Origin: Okamejei kenojei
Lineage: Eukaryota
Assembly (NCBI GenBank): GCA_035221665.1
Contig: CM069160.1
Coordinates: 23,746,001 to 23,810,000, forward strand
Length of the DNA stretch: 64,000 nucleotides
Direction of reading: 5' to 3'
Numbering within the stretch: position 1 is the first letter of the stretch; each line of letters starts with the position of its first letter. Shown piece after piece: positions 62,097 through 64,000 of the stretch. The notes beneath the pieces are model-generated. The model did no database searches. It was not told where the DNA came from and saw nothing but the letters and a program-made list of their open reading frames with translations. A program made the translations under genes and the position numbers.

Positions 62097-62961
62097 CTAA
62101 AAACAAATGTAAGCAACTTTTATAATCATATTTTCCAATGTAAGTCAGCCATAAGTAATCCGGCATGTGTGAGACATATCATGTTCTGGGCACAGTTTGA
62201 CTACGGGCAGTAAATGTACTTTGTCCAAGGAAACATTCACTTTTAAAAAATCGGTTTGGCAAGATACGCTGACGTCCTTTAATTCCAAATTTGAACCTGC
62301 ATCGACAGATAATTCTATTATTGTCCCTCCCCCTTCCCTGTCTTCGGTATAGACCAGGAACGTCACCCATTCTGTCTCTCCAGAGATACTGCCTCAGCCG
62401 CTGAGTTACTCGAAGAGTTTCTGTCTAACTTCGACAGACAATAATATTCGCGTGTCCCTTTAGTAGAGTACTTCTACAATATTTCACTGCACGTTGAATT
62501 GCACGACTTGCATAGTATTATTTCACGGTCTTCCAAGTAAGTTCCGTGCTTCAGAGACAACTAAAATAATACTTTTTTTAGAAAGCTATGAGTGCAATTT
62601 AGGGGAATAAATCCATATTTTTCCAGGGGAATATATTCGACTATTCTCAGGAATATTATCGTGATGAGAAATTAACACTCTAAAACGGCCAATAACATTG
62701 TTCCATTCACTCGGTGTGAAGCCTTGTAGATTGCCTGCAAGTTGTTCAGAAACCTCCGGCATTCTCCGGATAGCTGCTTTGCATTGGAAACCAAAGCTTT
62801 ACTATTGACCATGCATACCTAGCAACCAAAATAACCCATTATTATTTACTATAACTTACATTGACGTTATTTATCTTCAGCGATACAATGGCACATCTAG
62901 TACAGGCGCTGCTACAAATAAGCTGAGATCTGTATACTAAACTTAGATGTTGTCTGCATTG

Positions 62962-63782
62962 GAGGTTACACAAAAGGCTGGAGAAACTCAGCGGGTGCAG
63001 CAGCATCTAAGAAGCGAAGGAGATAGGCGACGTTTCGGGTCGAGACCCTTCACCAGACTGGTCATGGTTCAGGGAAACGAGATATATAGACGGTGATGTG
63101 GAGAGATAAAGATCAATGAATGAAAGATATGCAAAAAAGTATCGATGATAAAGGGAACAAGCCATTGTAAGCTGTTTGTGGTGTGAAAATGTGAAGCTAG
63201 TGCGACTAGGGTGGGGAGGGAGATTTAGATAGAGGGAATGCCAGGGCCCGAGGGCTGAGGGAGAGGTGGGAAGGGGAGGAGATAGCAAGGGTTAACATAA
63301 TTGAGAAAATTCAATGTTCAAGCCCAGAGCATGCAGACTCCCCAAGCGGAATATGAGGTGCTTTCCTCCAACTTGCGGTGTTGCTCACTCTGGCCGTGGA
63401 GGAGGCTCAGGACCGAGAGGTCGGATACGGAATGGGAGGGGGAGTTGAAGTGCTGAGCCACCGGGAGGTCGGGTTGGTTATTGCGGACCTCCCCCACCCT
63501 AGTCGCACTATCTTCTCATTTTCACAACACAAACAGCTTACAATTGCTTGTTCCCTTTATCATCGATACTTTTTTGCATATCATTCATTCATTGTTCTTT
63601 ATCTCTCCACATCACCGTCTATATCTCTCTTTCCCCTGATCACTGACCAGTCTGAAGAAGGGTGTCGACCCGAAACGTAGCCTATCTACTTCGCTCCTTT
63701 GATGCTGCTGCACCCGCTGAGTTTCTCCATCCTTTTGTGTAACCCTCGATTCTCCAGCATCTGCAGTTCCTTCTTTAACAAC
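62962..63782 (-). mobile_element. Short Penelope-like insertion: GIY-YIG tip + pLTR on minus, inverted pLTR on plus, with TSD
   Basis: 63290-63487 matches 70-270; 63488-63742 is the inverse of 62964-63221; direct repeat ATGTTGTCTGCATTG at 62947-62961 and 63783-63797. Confidence 0.9.
63648..63683 (+). ncRNA. Minimal type I hammerhead ribozyme motif of Penelope pLTR
   Basis: CTGAAGA-A-GGGT-GTCG-ACCC-GAAACGT-A; palindromic ACGT stem III; partner copy on minus at about 63028-63060 has CTGGTGA (core mutated). Confidence 0.75.
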
Positions 63783-64000
63783 ATGTTGTCTGCATTGAAT
63801 TTGGATGTTTTTCTGTGAACTTTCTTCTCGGTGCTCTGGTTTCCTCCAACGACCATAAGTAATTCTAGAGTAATTATCCTCTGTAAGTCTCTTCCATCCC
63901 CGATTAGTGGATGTGTGCGAACATATGTGAACGGATGATTGACTGTAGGCGTGAACTCCGTGGGCCGAACTACCTTTTCCATACTGGATGACTAAGCTCA

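Overview
Eukaryotic, AT-rich, repeat-dense vertebrate DNA; the repeat content (CR1 with short tail repeats, V-SINE, Penelope-like, Rex1/Babar, DIRS, HERO-type RLE LINEs) suggests a cartilaginous fish (inference). More than half of the window is transposable elements, several nested (DIRS in HERO; L1-like in CR1 in a second HERO-like family). Two things are not explained by the ORF track. (1) A minus-strand host gene crosses the whole window as at least 13 micro-exons of 24-36 nt. All have AG/GT boundaries, lengths divisible by 3 and phase 1-1. They splice into an open 129-codon repeat of coiled-coil segments and linkers that grew by intragenic tandem duplication. (2) The 3' UTRs of all three HERO-type retrotransposon copies, from two diverged families, carry a complete hammerhead-ribozyme core in a permuted, doubly pseudoknotted strand order with a kink-turn, supported by compensatory changes between the families. 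Ordinary minimal Penelope-associated hammerheads, a Helitron-like composite element and a 181-N assembly gap are also present. All calls were made by eye; no searches were run.
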